Below are positions 8,975 to 17,205 of a stretch of DNA of 64,000 nt, piece by piece (position 1 is the first letter of the stretch; each line of letters opens with the position of its first letter). The notes below the pieces were generated by a model. It had not been told where the DNA came from and made no database searches. It saw nothing but the letters and a program-made list of their open reading frames with translations. The DNA is from Bacillota bacterium (GTDB lineage: Bacteria; Bacillota; Dethiobacteria; DTU022; UBA8154). The stretch is from contig JAAZMP010000037.1 in assembly GCA_012798755.1 (NCBI GenBank), forward strand, positions 581 to 64,580. Direction: 5' to 3'. The position numbers were made by a program, and so were the translations under genes.

Positions 8975-11900
8975 ATGTTTGAATTGGAAAAATCTTATAA
9001 GCAAAATATGGCCCCGGTCTTATCCGATGCCAATATGGTTGGTAAGGCCGATCTGGCCCTGGGTATTCCTTTCTTGTACGATACGGAAAAAAAAGAACAG
9101 ATGCTTAAAGCTGTGCAAACAGGGCTGTCTACATTTTTCCCCAATTTAAAGGCAGTGATCATCTGTTTTACGGCGGATAAAAATTATTATTCCCAAGATA
9201 ATGAAATTGGCAAAAAAAATGTTACGGAATTGCAGGAGAATATTATTAGCTTTACATATACTAATGAAGGGCTGATTAAAAAAGGCTGGGCACTAAGGGG
9301 AATTATGGAACTGGCATCGGCTTTGGATGCCGATCTTGTCGTCTTAGAACCTGCCCTTTTTGCAACCGAAGGAGGTTCTATCGGCCTAACTCCAGACTGG
9401 ATCCGGCTACTTTACCAACCTGTTATGGAAGGGCATGCTGATTTGGTACTGCCCCGTTTCAAGTCTCCGCTTTTAGAAAACAGCATTGCAGACCATTTTG
9501 TTTTCCCCCTTTTGGGGGCGCTTTATAATCTGGAACTGCGGGCCTGTTTGGGAGCCGGCCTTTCTTTTAAACGTAGCCTTTTGCCAAGGTACGTAGACGA
9601 CGCCGGGAAATGGCCCAGGGAAGCATTTGAATTTGGTATAGATGTATGCCTTTTGGTTAATGCTTTAGAACAAGGGGCCGAGGTTGCTGAAGTTTATTTA
9701 GGGCAAAAGCCTGTTACACCTTTACCCGTTGATTTACAGTATATGTTTGTCCAGACCGTCCAAGTTCTTTTCAATGCCATTGGAAAAAAACCGTCCCAGC
9801 AGTCCTGGAGAATAAAGCCGGCGGCACTGCGTTCTTCTTTGATTTTTGGTTCCCGGGAAAGCAATTACCTGTCATCCCCCATGCCAAAATATCAGAGCCT
9901 TATTGTTAACTTCCGGCGGGGACTCGTACGTTTTAACAGGGCAATATGGTCCCGAATATTTCCCGAAGAGATCACGGCCCAGTTCCAGGAGCTGGCCGAT
10001 CTTCCCAGGGAAGAATTTAATTTTCCCTCAATTCTTTGGGCGCAAGTGGTATACGACTCCTTGTTGGCTTACAACTTTATGCCCAATCTTAGTAAAGAAG
10101 ACATTGCTGCTGGTTTATGGCCCCTTTTTGAAGGCCGGCTGGCGGGATTCTTAAACGAAATTTCCATTGAAGATGCTTACGGTTTGCCGGATCCTACCCC
10201 TCAAGAAAATTTATGGTCTGCAATTGCCCGAGAGCAGGTTGATGACCAAATGGACACATTTATAGCCAGAAAACGCTACTTTATGGAAAGATGGTTTCAC
10301 CGTCGGGAGGCACTCCAGCCTTTTCTGCCGGAGATTGCTTACTGGGAATATATCCCAGGCATTCCCATTATTTTACCATTGAACATAGAAACTCCCGAAG
10401 GAAAAACTGAACATGTGTCTGCTATCTATGAGCGGCTTCTCATGGAATATAAGGAGCAATTTGAACGGTTTATTTTTGATAATCTTGGTCTTACTGCTAA
10501 AGACGGTTCTTTTAAAATTGCCTATGCCCTGCGTGAACTTTTGCAGCGGCTTGAAGAAAACCTGGACAAATTGCTTTTGCCGGGCGATATCCATACTCCT
10601 GATGGAATGCAAGCTTTCGTAGAGCAACTTACCAAACTTTTGCCTTCGGTACAAAGTTTTTCGTTGAAAAGTGAAGTGGCGGAGGTCTTATTAAGGGAGT
10701 ACCCGCCACGCAACCTTATTACAATCCGTGGTTGCCAGGATATAGATGAGCTCTTCCAAAAACATGATCCGCTTGAAGCGCTGGCCCTGGCAAATTGGTC
10801 GGAGGAAACCAGATATATCACCCTTATCAATGAAACGCTCAGGAAGACTTTACAACCGCATCATTTTGAAGTTTCCTCCATTAAACCCGTTATTGTGGAC
10901 TACAGAGATTTCCCTGCTCTGGCCAATATCAAGGAAGCCCCGGTACTCAACCACTTATCCAGTCGGATAGTGATCGGCAACCTCCGACGGGGCAGCGGTG
11001 GCGAATTTCCCAAAATCAGACTCTTTACCACCGTTCTTAAAAGTGTTATTGATGCTAAGCAATTTGGCTTGATCTGGGAATCTTTTGCCCGTAATCGCAA
11101 AGAATTTGCAGCCATGGTTATGAATTCTATTGAACATCACTGGGGTGAGGCTGCTTTTTCGGCTCACAGCATTTTTGAAAACAGGCAGCACCGGCTTCTC
11201 AGGGATACACTTAAAAAGATTGCTTTGCGCTGCAAAAGCTCTGAAAAAAAAGATATAGCCGACGCTGGAGAACTTTTAGAAACGATTTTGGAAGGTTACC
11301 ACTTAGGTTTAACTTTGCCTGACGGACATTTCATAACGGCTTCCCCTTGGACCTGGGCCAGTTACAGTTTCAAAGGAGGAAAAGATTTTCCTACGCCTCT
11401 TTCCGCGATGATTGAGCGACGTTGGTTTGACAGTGAGCTTTTTTATCGTTGTTGTGAAAAAATAGCAGTAACCCGTGAGGATATTTTTCTTAAAATCACA
11501 GAACTTATGGGCCAAGGGCGTGAGATTGATGATCTAGCCGTATTATATCTTGGTGCCCCTAAACGTGCTAAAGAAATAATTTTGGAACAAAAAATTGATA
11601 AAGATCCGCTGCCTGCAGGGGAGCTTAAAAGATCCGCTTTTAACCCCTTGCTTGTTCCCATTGAAAAGCATGACTGGGAATCAAAGTATGTTCTTAACTG
11701 CGGAACTATCAGGGTAAACGGCCTGGTGTACATTTTTTATCGGGCAGTAGGTGAAGATGGTATCTCACGGCTGGGGCTTGCTACCAGCAGGGATGGTTTG
11801 CATGTGGATGAACGGCTTCCCGAACCTGCCTTTAGCCCCGGGCCTGAAAGCGAAAAAATGGGTTGTGAAGATCCCCGTTTGATCATGATCGAAGGCAGGA

Positions 11901-12574
11901 TCTATATGCTGTATACGGCCTTCGACGGCACTACCCCCCAGATTGCTTTAGCTTCCATCACACCGGATGATCTGGTTAACTATCGTTGGCAGCATTGGCA
12001 CCGGCATGGCCTCGTTTTTCCCAACTTCCCAAATAAGGATGCCATCTTCTTTCCGGAGCGTTTTAACGGCAAATTAGTTATGTATCACCGCATTAATCCA
12101 AACATTTGGTTGGCATCTGCAGATAGTTTTGACACACCCTGGCCCAGAGAAAATCACCACATCGTTATGGGCATTCGTTCCGGTATGATGTGGGATGCCG
12201 TCAAAATCGGAGCCGGCGCGCAACCTTTAAAAACAAAATATGGCTGGCTGCTTATCTATCATGGTGTGGATTACTGTCTTACTTACCGGCTTGGCATTTT
12301 TTTAACCTCATTAGACGATCCGGCAGAGATTTTGTACCGCTCGCCCAATTCTATTTTGGAACCGGAAACGTCCTACGAAATAGGAGTTTTTGGCCAATGC
12401 TGGGTTCCCAACGTTGTCTTCACCTGTGGTGCATTGCCTGCTGTTGAAAAGGAGATACTGGATGATGACGATGAGATCCTTGTTTATTATGGGGGAGCAG
12501 ATACCGTCATCGGTGTAGCAAGTGCAACCTTGGGCGAATTGATCCCTGCCAAGGTCCGTCAAAAGCTGAAATAA
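8975..12574 (+). CDS. 1199-aa multidomain protein: N-terminal GpgS-like GT-A glycosyltransferase (GT81-like), a central ~500-aa helical region, and a C-terminal GH130 mannoside-phosphorylase domain
   Basis: N-terminus: ALDADLVVLEP...WIRLLYQPVM...LVLPRFKSP...FPLLGALYNLELRACLGAGLSFKRSLLPRY...FEFGIDVCLL parallels glucosyl-3-phosphoglycerate synthase (DSDLINP..WLVGPLL..LVKSFYRRP..RPLLAALRPEL..QPLSGEYAASRELL..YGVEIGLL). C-terminus: NCGTIRVNGLVYIFYRAVGEDGISRLGLATSRDG..., MGCEDPRLIMIEGRIYMLYTAFDG..IALASI, FPERFNGKLVMYHR, WDAVKIGAGAQPLKTKYGWLLIYHGVD and ILVYYGGADTVIGVA are classic GH130 blocks. Confidence 0.7.
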   Translation: MFELEKSYKQNMAPVLSDANMVGKADLALGIPFLYDTEKKEQMLKAVQTGLSTFFPNLKAVIICFTADKNYYSQDNEIGKKNVTELQENIISFTYTNEGLIKKGWALRGIMELASALDADLVVLEPALFATEGGSIGLTPDWIRLLYQPVMEGHADLVLPRFKSPLLENSIADHFVFPLLGALYNLELRACLGAGLSFKRSLLPRYVDDAGKWPREAFEFGIDVCLLVNALEQGAEVAEVYLGQKPVTPLPVDLQYMFVQTVQVLFNAIGKKPSQQSWRIKPAALRSSLIFGSRESNYLSSPMPKYQSLIVNFRRGLVRFNRAIWSRIFPEEITAQFQELADLPREEFNFPSILWAQVVYDSLLAYNFMPNLSKEDIAAGLWPLFEGRLAGFLNEISIEDAYGLPDPTPQENLWSAIAREQVDDQMDTFIARKRYFMERWFHRREALQPFLPEIAYWEYIPGIPIILPLNIETPEGKTEHVSAIYERLLMEYKEQFERFIFDNLGLTAKDGSFKIAYALRELLQRLEENLDKLLLPGDIHTPDGMQAFVEQLTKLLPSVQSFSLKSEVAEVLLREYPPRNLITIRGCQDIDELFQKHDPLEALALANWSEETRYITLINETLRKTLQPHHFEVSSIKPVIVDYRDFPALANIKEAPVLNHLSSRIVIGNLRRGSGGEFPKIRLFTTVLKSVIDAKQFGLIWESFARNRKEFAAMVMNSIEHHWGEAAFSAHSIFENRQHRLLRDTLKKIALRCKSSEKKDIADAGELLETILEGYHLGLTLPDGHFITASPWTWASYSFKGGKDFPTPLSAMIERRWFDSELFYRCCEKIAVTREDIFLKITELMGQGREIDDLAVLYLGAPKRAKEIILEQKIDKDPLPAGELKRSAFNPLLVPIEKHDWESKYVLNCGTIRVNGLVYIFYRAVGEDGISRLGLATSRDGLHVDERLPEPAFSPGPESEKMGCEDPRLIMIEGRIYMLYTAFDGTTPQIALASITPDDLVNYRWQHWHRHGLVFPNFPNKDAIFFPERFNGKLVMYHRINPNIWLASADSFDTPWPRENHHIVMGIRSGMMWDAVKIGAGAQPLKTKYGWLLIYHGVDYCLTYRLGIFLTSLDDPAEILYRSPNSILEPETSYEIGVFGQCWVPNVVFTCGALPAVEKEILDDDDEILVYYGGADTVIGVASATLGELIPAKVRQKLK

Positions 12575-12822
12575 AACGCTGTCAGACAAACTTGTTCATG
12601 AGGTTTGTTCACAGGGCTGAAACCGGGGTAATGTTTTGCCCGGCATTTAAAAACATTATATTGTTACCGGAACTTTCTCCTTTATGTTTATAATGCCCCG
12701 GTGTCTCCGGTTGGCTTATACGCAGCCGGGAGATCATACTTGTACAGTTTCCCTTTCCTTAGGATAAATGTATCATACTCGAATACTCCGGCATAAAATG
12801 AAACAAAAAAGGAGGGGAAACG

Positions 12823-13917
12823 TTGGTGGAAAAGAAAGTAAAATTGCGCCGGTTTTTTCCCGGTTCCAACTCGGCCTATGGGTTTTGTTCTTTTTTTAAT
12901 CAGATTGCCGATCCCAAAACCAGCAGAACCTATATTATTAAAGGCGGGCCCGGTTCCGGTAAATCCACTTTCATGAACAAAATTGGTAAGGAAATGCAAA
13001 AACAAGGGCTTGCTGTGGAATATCACCATTGTGCTACTGATCATGTTTCCTTAGACGGTCTTGTTGTCCCGGATCTTAAGATTGCCTTTATAGACGGTAA
13101 TTCCCCCCATGTTGTAGATCCGTGCTATCCGGGGGCAACGGGTGAAATAATCCATTTTGGACAGTTTTGGGATGAAGCCGGCATAAGGAAAAACAAATCT
13201 TCTGTAATCAGGCTTAATGCTGAAGCGAAAAGATTGTTTAATCAGTCCTACAAAGTTCTGGCTGCTGCCAGAATGTATCTGCAGGCCCTGGAAAACTATG
13301 AAAATATAGAGGGTGTTTTAGATCAAGGATCTTGGAATGATCTTGCCCTGCAACTAATGGAAGAAATATTGTTCACCAAAAACCCCAAAGGATTGCCTGG
13401 GAAAACCAGAAGGCTCTTTGTCTCAGCCATTTCTCCTGCGGGAACTATAAATTTTTTGGCTTCCCTTGTTGCAGGCTTAGATAAAGTTTATATTCTGCAA
13501 GGCGATAATGGAGCAGCCAAGGATAAACTACTGAAAAGAATGGCAGATGCAGCTTGTATGAGCGGTTTTAACATAGAAGCTTACCATTGTGCTTTTGATC
13601 CTCATAGGATAGATCATTTAATTATTCCTGAACTAAGCACAGCTATAATTAACAGCAAAGAACCCCATTGTTTTTCTATTCCCGGTGCAGGGCAGGAAAT
13701 AAACACGGCGGTATTTACCAAGCTTTCACCATCACTACAAGAAGAAAAACAATTACTTCACAAAAAATTCCAAGCTATTTTAAGTCAAGCCATATTTTTC
13801 CTGGCTAAAGCAAAATCCAGACGTGATGAACTGGAAAAACTTTACATACCCAATATTGATTTTGCCGGAATCGATCAACTGCGGGAAAAAACGGTAGAAC
13901 GCATTTTGGATTCCTAA
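12823..13917 (+). CDS. Tandem P-loop NTPase/kinase-like protein (canonical Walker A GGPGSGKST; second domain degenerate)
   Basis: 364 aa. There is an internal duplication: RTYIIKGGPGSGKSTFMNKIGKEMQKQGLAVEYHHCATDHVSLDGLVVPDLKIAFIDGNSPHVVDP versus RRLFVSAISPAGTINFLASLVAGLDKVYILQGDN...IEAYHCAFDPHRIDHLIIPELSTAIINSKEPHCFSIP. Start is TTG/GTG after AAGGAGGGG. Confidence 0.6.
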   Translation: MVEKKVKLRRFFPGSNSAYGFCSFFNQIADPKTSRTYIIKGGPGSGKSTFMNKIGKEMQKQGLAVEYHHCATDHVSLDGLVVPDLKIAFIDGNSPHVVDPCYPGATGEIIHFGQFWDEAGIRKNKSSVIRLNAEAKRLFNQSYKVLAAARMYLQALENYENIEGVLDQGSWNDLALQLMEEILFTKNPKGLPGKTRRLFVSAISPAGTINFLASLVAGLDKVYILQGDNGAAKDKLLKRMADAACMSGFNIEAYHCAFDPHRIDHLIIPELSTAIINSKEPHCFSIPGAGQEINTAVFTKLSPSLQEEKQLLHKKFQAILSQAIFFLAKAKSRRDELEKLYIPNIDFAGIDQLREKTVERILDS

Positions 13918-14089
13918 GCAGCAAACATTTTAAATCATAGTTTTTGCAACTGCTGACATGAAAACACCGGCCAGTAAAAGAACCACTATTTAAAAGAATG
14001 CCCTGGCAATTCGCCCGGCATTTTTTTATTATTTTTCAATCGCGTATTTTAAAACCTGTTTTGCTTGCAGAGCAAATAGGGCAAATGTA

Positions 14090-14118
14090 TTGACATTTCC
14101 GACTTGGGTTTATATAAT
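14090..14118 (+). promoter_or_regulatory. Consensus sigma-A promoter (TTGACA-17-TATAAT)
   Basis: TTGACA 14090-14095, 17-nt spacer, TATAAT 14113-14118. It is followed by a ~385-nt leader before the symporter gene. Confidence 0.55.
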
Positions 14119-14298
14119 TAATAGTATAGAAGGTGGGAATGTAACATAAGTTGCCACTATTATGGCAGAGGCGGGGGGTGGTTTAATTGTAACTGGGGTA
14201 ATATTTTGAAATCGGTTTACAGTCTGGCGGAGGATTTAAAGGATACCGGTTCTTTTACAAGTGGGCACATAAGAATATCGTGAAGGGAGATTGTAGCC

Positions 14299-14391
14299 AT
14301 GGTATCAATATTAAGCGGTTTTTTATGGTTAGTGCTTTTGGTTGGAGTAGCGACCTTGTTATGTTATATTTTCAGGGTCAAGGATGTTTGA
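14299..14391 (+). CDS. Candidate 30-aa hydrophobic micropeptide upstream of the symporter (MVSILSGFLWLVLLVGVATLLCYIFRVKDV)
   Basis: ATG preceded by AAGGGAG at a 7-nt spacing; a single predicted TM helix; sits within the leader of the SSS transporter gene. Confidence 0.3.
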   Translation: MVSILSGFLWLVLLVGVATLLCYIFRVKDV

Positions 14392-14503
14392 TGTTCCAAA
14401 ACGGTTATAATGCTTTTTGATAAAAAATTTATTATTATTATCTGCAATTGTTCGAATCATAATTGGTAAGATATTTTATTTTCGATATGATATCAAGGAG
14501 GAA

Positions 14504-15988
14504 ATGAGAGTGCCTTTAAAGCTTGATGTCCTAATTGGAAGTATTGTTTTTGTGATAGTTCTATCAGTTATTTCGGGTATTTTGGTTTTAAGAAGAGGAA
14601 GAGGCGTCAGTGGTGACAGTTATTTGTACGGTGATAAAAAAATAGGCCCATGGTATGCCGGGGTTACCCTGGGTTTATCCAGTATCGGAGCGCTTCACTG
14701 CACCGGTTTTATGGAATCCGGTGCCACCCTGGGAATAGTTACGATGTGGTTTGCTGTTGGTACAGGGATCATGTTTGCTGTAGTGGGCGGTTTTTTTGGG
14801 CCTATTTACCGAAAGCTGGGCTTAAACACAATACCGCAAATCTTTGCAAATATTTTTGATCTTAAAACCAGAGTTATGTCTTCTATAATAGCTCTGGTCT
14901 TTTGTTTTTCCCTGCTATCTTTGGAAACTCAGGGCGGGGCTATAATTATTACAGCTATAACAGGTATAGACCTTCGGGTTGCTTTATTTATATTCATGAT
15001 TTGTGCTTTAGTCTACATGTTGATCTCCGGGATGTGGCAGATAGCTTATGTAAATATTATTAATGCTATCGTTATGTATGCTGCTGTTATAATTGCTTTT
15101 ATTATTGTAACCTTAAAACTTCCTGCCGGATGGAGCGGCGTTGACGCTTTTTATATTGGACAGGGCCTGGGCAATGTTTTAGAGTTTTGGCCCTCCGATG
15201 TTAATGTCCTTTTGGGTTTTGCCATTGCCTTTGGCTTTGCCGTTACTTTTACTGATTCAACTGACCAGGGAACAATACAATATGCTCTTACTGCTGCTGA
15301 TGCAAAAACGGCCAGTAAGGCAGGTTTTATTGCTGTGTTGGTTAACTCTCCCTTTGCAATCTTTACGGTAGCTTTTGGCTTGGCCTCTTTTTCGATTGCT
15401 GAATTTTCCGCTTTCGGCCCCAAAATGTCTGGTCCTGCCATGTTGCTGTCATATCTACCTACCTTCCTTGTTGTTTTTGTCCTAGGTAGTTTTCTACTGG
15501 TCGTTTTTTCTACTTTTGCACGTTGTACAATGGCTATCAGCCAGATCATCATTAACGATGTCTATTTATTACTTACCAAAGCGGATGATTCACAAAAACA
15601 AAGAACAGTGCCCTGGCTAAGCAGGATTTTGATCATTGTTGCCGGTGTGGGTTCGGTAATTCCGGCTTATTTCCTGCCACATATTTTATTGGCAGGCATA
15701 TTCGTCTTCACGCTGGGAATACCGCTGTTTATTATGATGGTTTCCGGCCTGTTTTGGAAACGAAATTCTGATGCTGCTTTCATTACAATGGTAGTGGGAA
15801 TCATAGTAACCTTTGTCTGGGAGTATTCAGGCTTGGCTACTTTATTGGGAACACCGGGATGGTTTAATTCCGTTTATATGACCCTGTTTGTTTCTGTAAT
15901 ACTGGGCGTAGGACTTACTGCTCTGTTACCCGGAAAACCGGGGCTTTTAAGGAAAAAACGGGTTGATGCAGTTACCGAAAGCGTGTAA
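14504..15988 (+). CDS. Sodium:solute symporter (SSS/SSF family) transporter
   Basis: Multi-TM protein with SSS-type N-terminus (YGDKKIGPWYAGVTLGLSSIGALHCTGFMESGATLG). Starts ATG 14504 or GTG 14510, after AAGGAGG. Confidence 0.85.
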   Translation: MRVPLKLDVLIGSIVFVIVLSVISGILVLRRGRGVSGDSYLYGDKKIGPWYAGVTLGLSSIGALHCTGFMESGATLGIVTMWFAVGTGIMFAVVGGFFGPIYRKLGLNTIPQIFANIFDLKTRVMSSIIALVFCFSLLSLETQGGAIIITAITGIDLRVALFIFMICALVYMLISGMWQIAYVNIINAIVMYAAVIIAFIIVTLKLPAGWSGVDAFYIGQGLGNVLEFWPSDVNVLLGFAIAFGFAVTFTDSTDQGTIQYALTAADAKTASKAGFIAVLVNSPFAIFTVAFGLASFSIAEFSAFGPKMSGPAMLLSYLPTFLVVFVLGSFLLVVFSTFARCTMAISQIIINDVYLLLTKADDSQKQRTVPWLSRILIIVAGVGSVIPAYFLPHILLAGIFVFTLGIPLFIMMVSGLFWKRNSDAAFITMVVGIIVTFVWEYSGLATLLGTPGWFNSVYMTLFVSVILGVGLTALLPGKPGLLRKKRVDAVTESV

Positions 15989-16057
15989 TGTGCATTGATC
16001 AGGATAACGAAAACGGCCCGTTAGTGAAAAATTGTGGTTAGGAGAGGTATAACGCGA

Positions 16058-16822
16058 ATGAGACTGCAAGATAAGGTTGTTATTGTTACCGGTGCAGCGC
16101 GGGGTATCGGCCAGGCTTTTGCGCTGGGCCTTGCTAAAGAGGGTGCCAAGGTTGTCGCTGCCGACATGTTGGAAGTAACGGATACGATGGATAAAGTAAA
16201 GGCCGAAGGCGGAACAATTATAGGGATAAATGTAGATGTTTCGCATGCGGGCAGCACCCGTGATATGGCTTCGGAAACAATGAAGGAATTTGGAAACATT
16301 GATGTTATCGTGAATAACGCAGCTATATGGGGAGGGCTTAAATTCAAACCCATGGATCTAATTTCAGAGGAAGAATGGGATGCGGTTTTTGCAGTTAATG
16401 TAAAAGGTGTCTGGCAGTGTTGCAAAGCCGTAGTTCCCTATATGAAAGAACAAGGTAAAGGTTCAATAATCAATATTTCTTCTGCCTCTATTTTCCAGGG
16501 TATCCCACTGCTGGGCCATTATGTAGCTTCAAAGGGTGCCATATGGGCCTATACACGTTCTCTTTCCCGGGAAATAGGGGAATTTGGAATTCGGGTTAAT
16601 TCAATTTCCCCGGGTTATACGATGACACAGGCTTCCAAGAATCTTTCCGATGATCAGGAGCAGCTGGATTATATTTACAACCTTAACATAGATCAACGTA
16701 TCATTAAACGGGCTATGTATTCTGAGGATCTCATTGGTGCTCTTTTATTTTTGGCTTCAGACGACAGTGCTTTTATTACCGGGCAAAATATCAATGTTGA
16801 TGGTGGTTCGTACCATTATTAA
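16058..16822 (+). CDS. SDR-family NAD(P)-dependent oxidoreductase
   Basis: TGAARGIGQA glycine motif; YxxxK (YVASK) catalytic dyad. Confidence 0.85.
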   Translation: MRLQDKVVIVTGAARGIGQAFALGLAKEGAKVVAADMLEVTDTMDKVKAEGGTIIGINVDVSHAGSTRDMASETMKEFGNIDVIVNNAAIWGGLKFKPMDLISEEEWDAVFAVNVKGVWQCCKAVVPYMKEQGKGSIINISSASIFQGIPLLGHYVASKGAIWAYTRSLSREIGEFGIRVNSISPGYTMTQASKNLSDDQEQLDYIYNLNIDQRIIKRAMYSEDLIGALLFLASDDSAFITGQNINVDGGSYHY

Positions 16823-16851
16823 TTATTGATATTCCTTTATATGCTGTTTGC

Positions 16852-16911
16852 ACATGGCCACCCGTTCAACTGTCTGCCCTAGGCCAGGTGGATTGAACGG
16901 GTGTGCCATGT
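16852..16911. repeat. Imperfect 18/19-bp inverted repeat (ACATGGCCACCCGTTCAA ... TTGAACGGGTGTGCCATGT) flanking a 23-nt spacer
   Basis: Read directly from the sequence. It lies 30 nt downstream of the SDR stop with no U-tract, so it is not a canonical intrinsic terminator. Confidence 0.5.
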
Positions 16912-17205
16912 TTACAGGCTAAGGCAGTAGGTGGATAAACCTGTGTGCGGGATAGGCAGCCCTGCTAACCATGCCGATGTTGCGCAGAGGCTAATAATTT
17001 TGGATTTTAAATTTCGAAGTGCTGCTGGCATAAAGTTCGAAATATGTCAAATACGGGAGTAATATAAGGGAAAGGCAGCAAATAGTCTTTACTAGTCCCT
17101 CCTTCGCTGTTCGACTTTTTCGAAAAATTTCGTTAAAGTTAGGTTGGTAATCTGCAAAACAAATGTTGATCATAAAATTAACAGCGGGGAGGAATTCAGG
17201 TTTTT

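Noticed and set aside
15151-15552. Antisense or shadow ORFs inside long genes (also 55677-56084, 61209-61787, 17692-18123, 10373-10830, 43581-44066)
   Set aside because: They are embedded opposite or out of frame in well-supported genes. They are K/R/S/P-rich with no RBS, typical of shadow ORFs.
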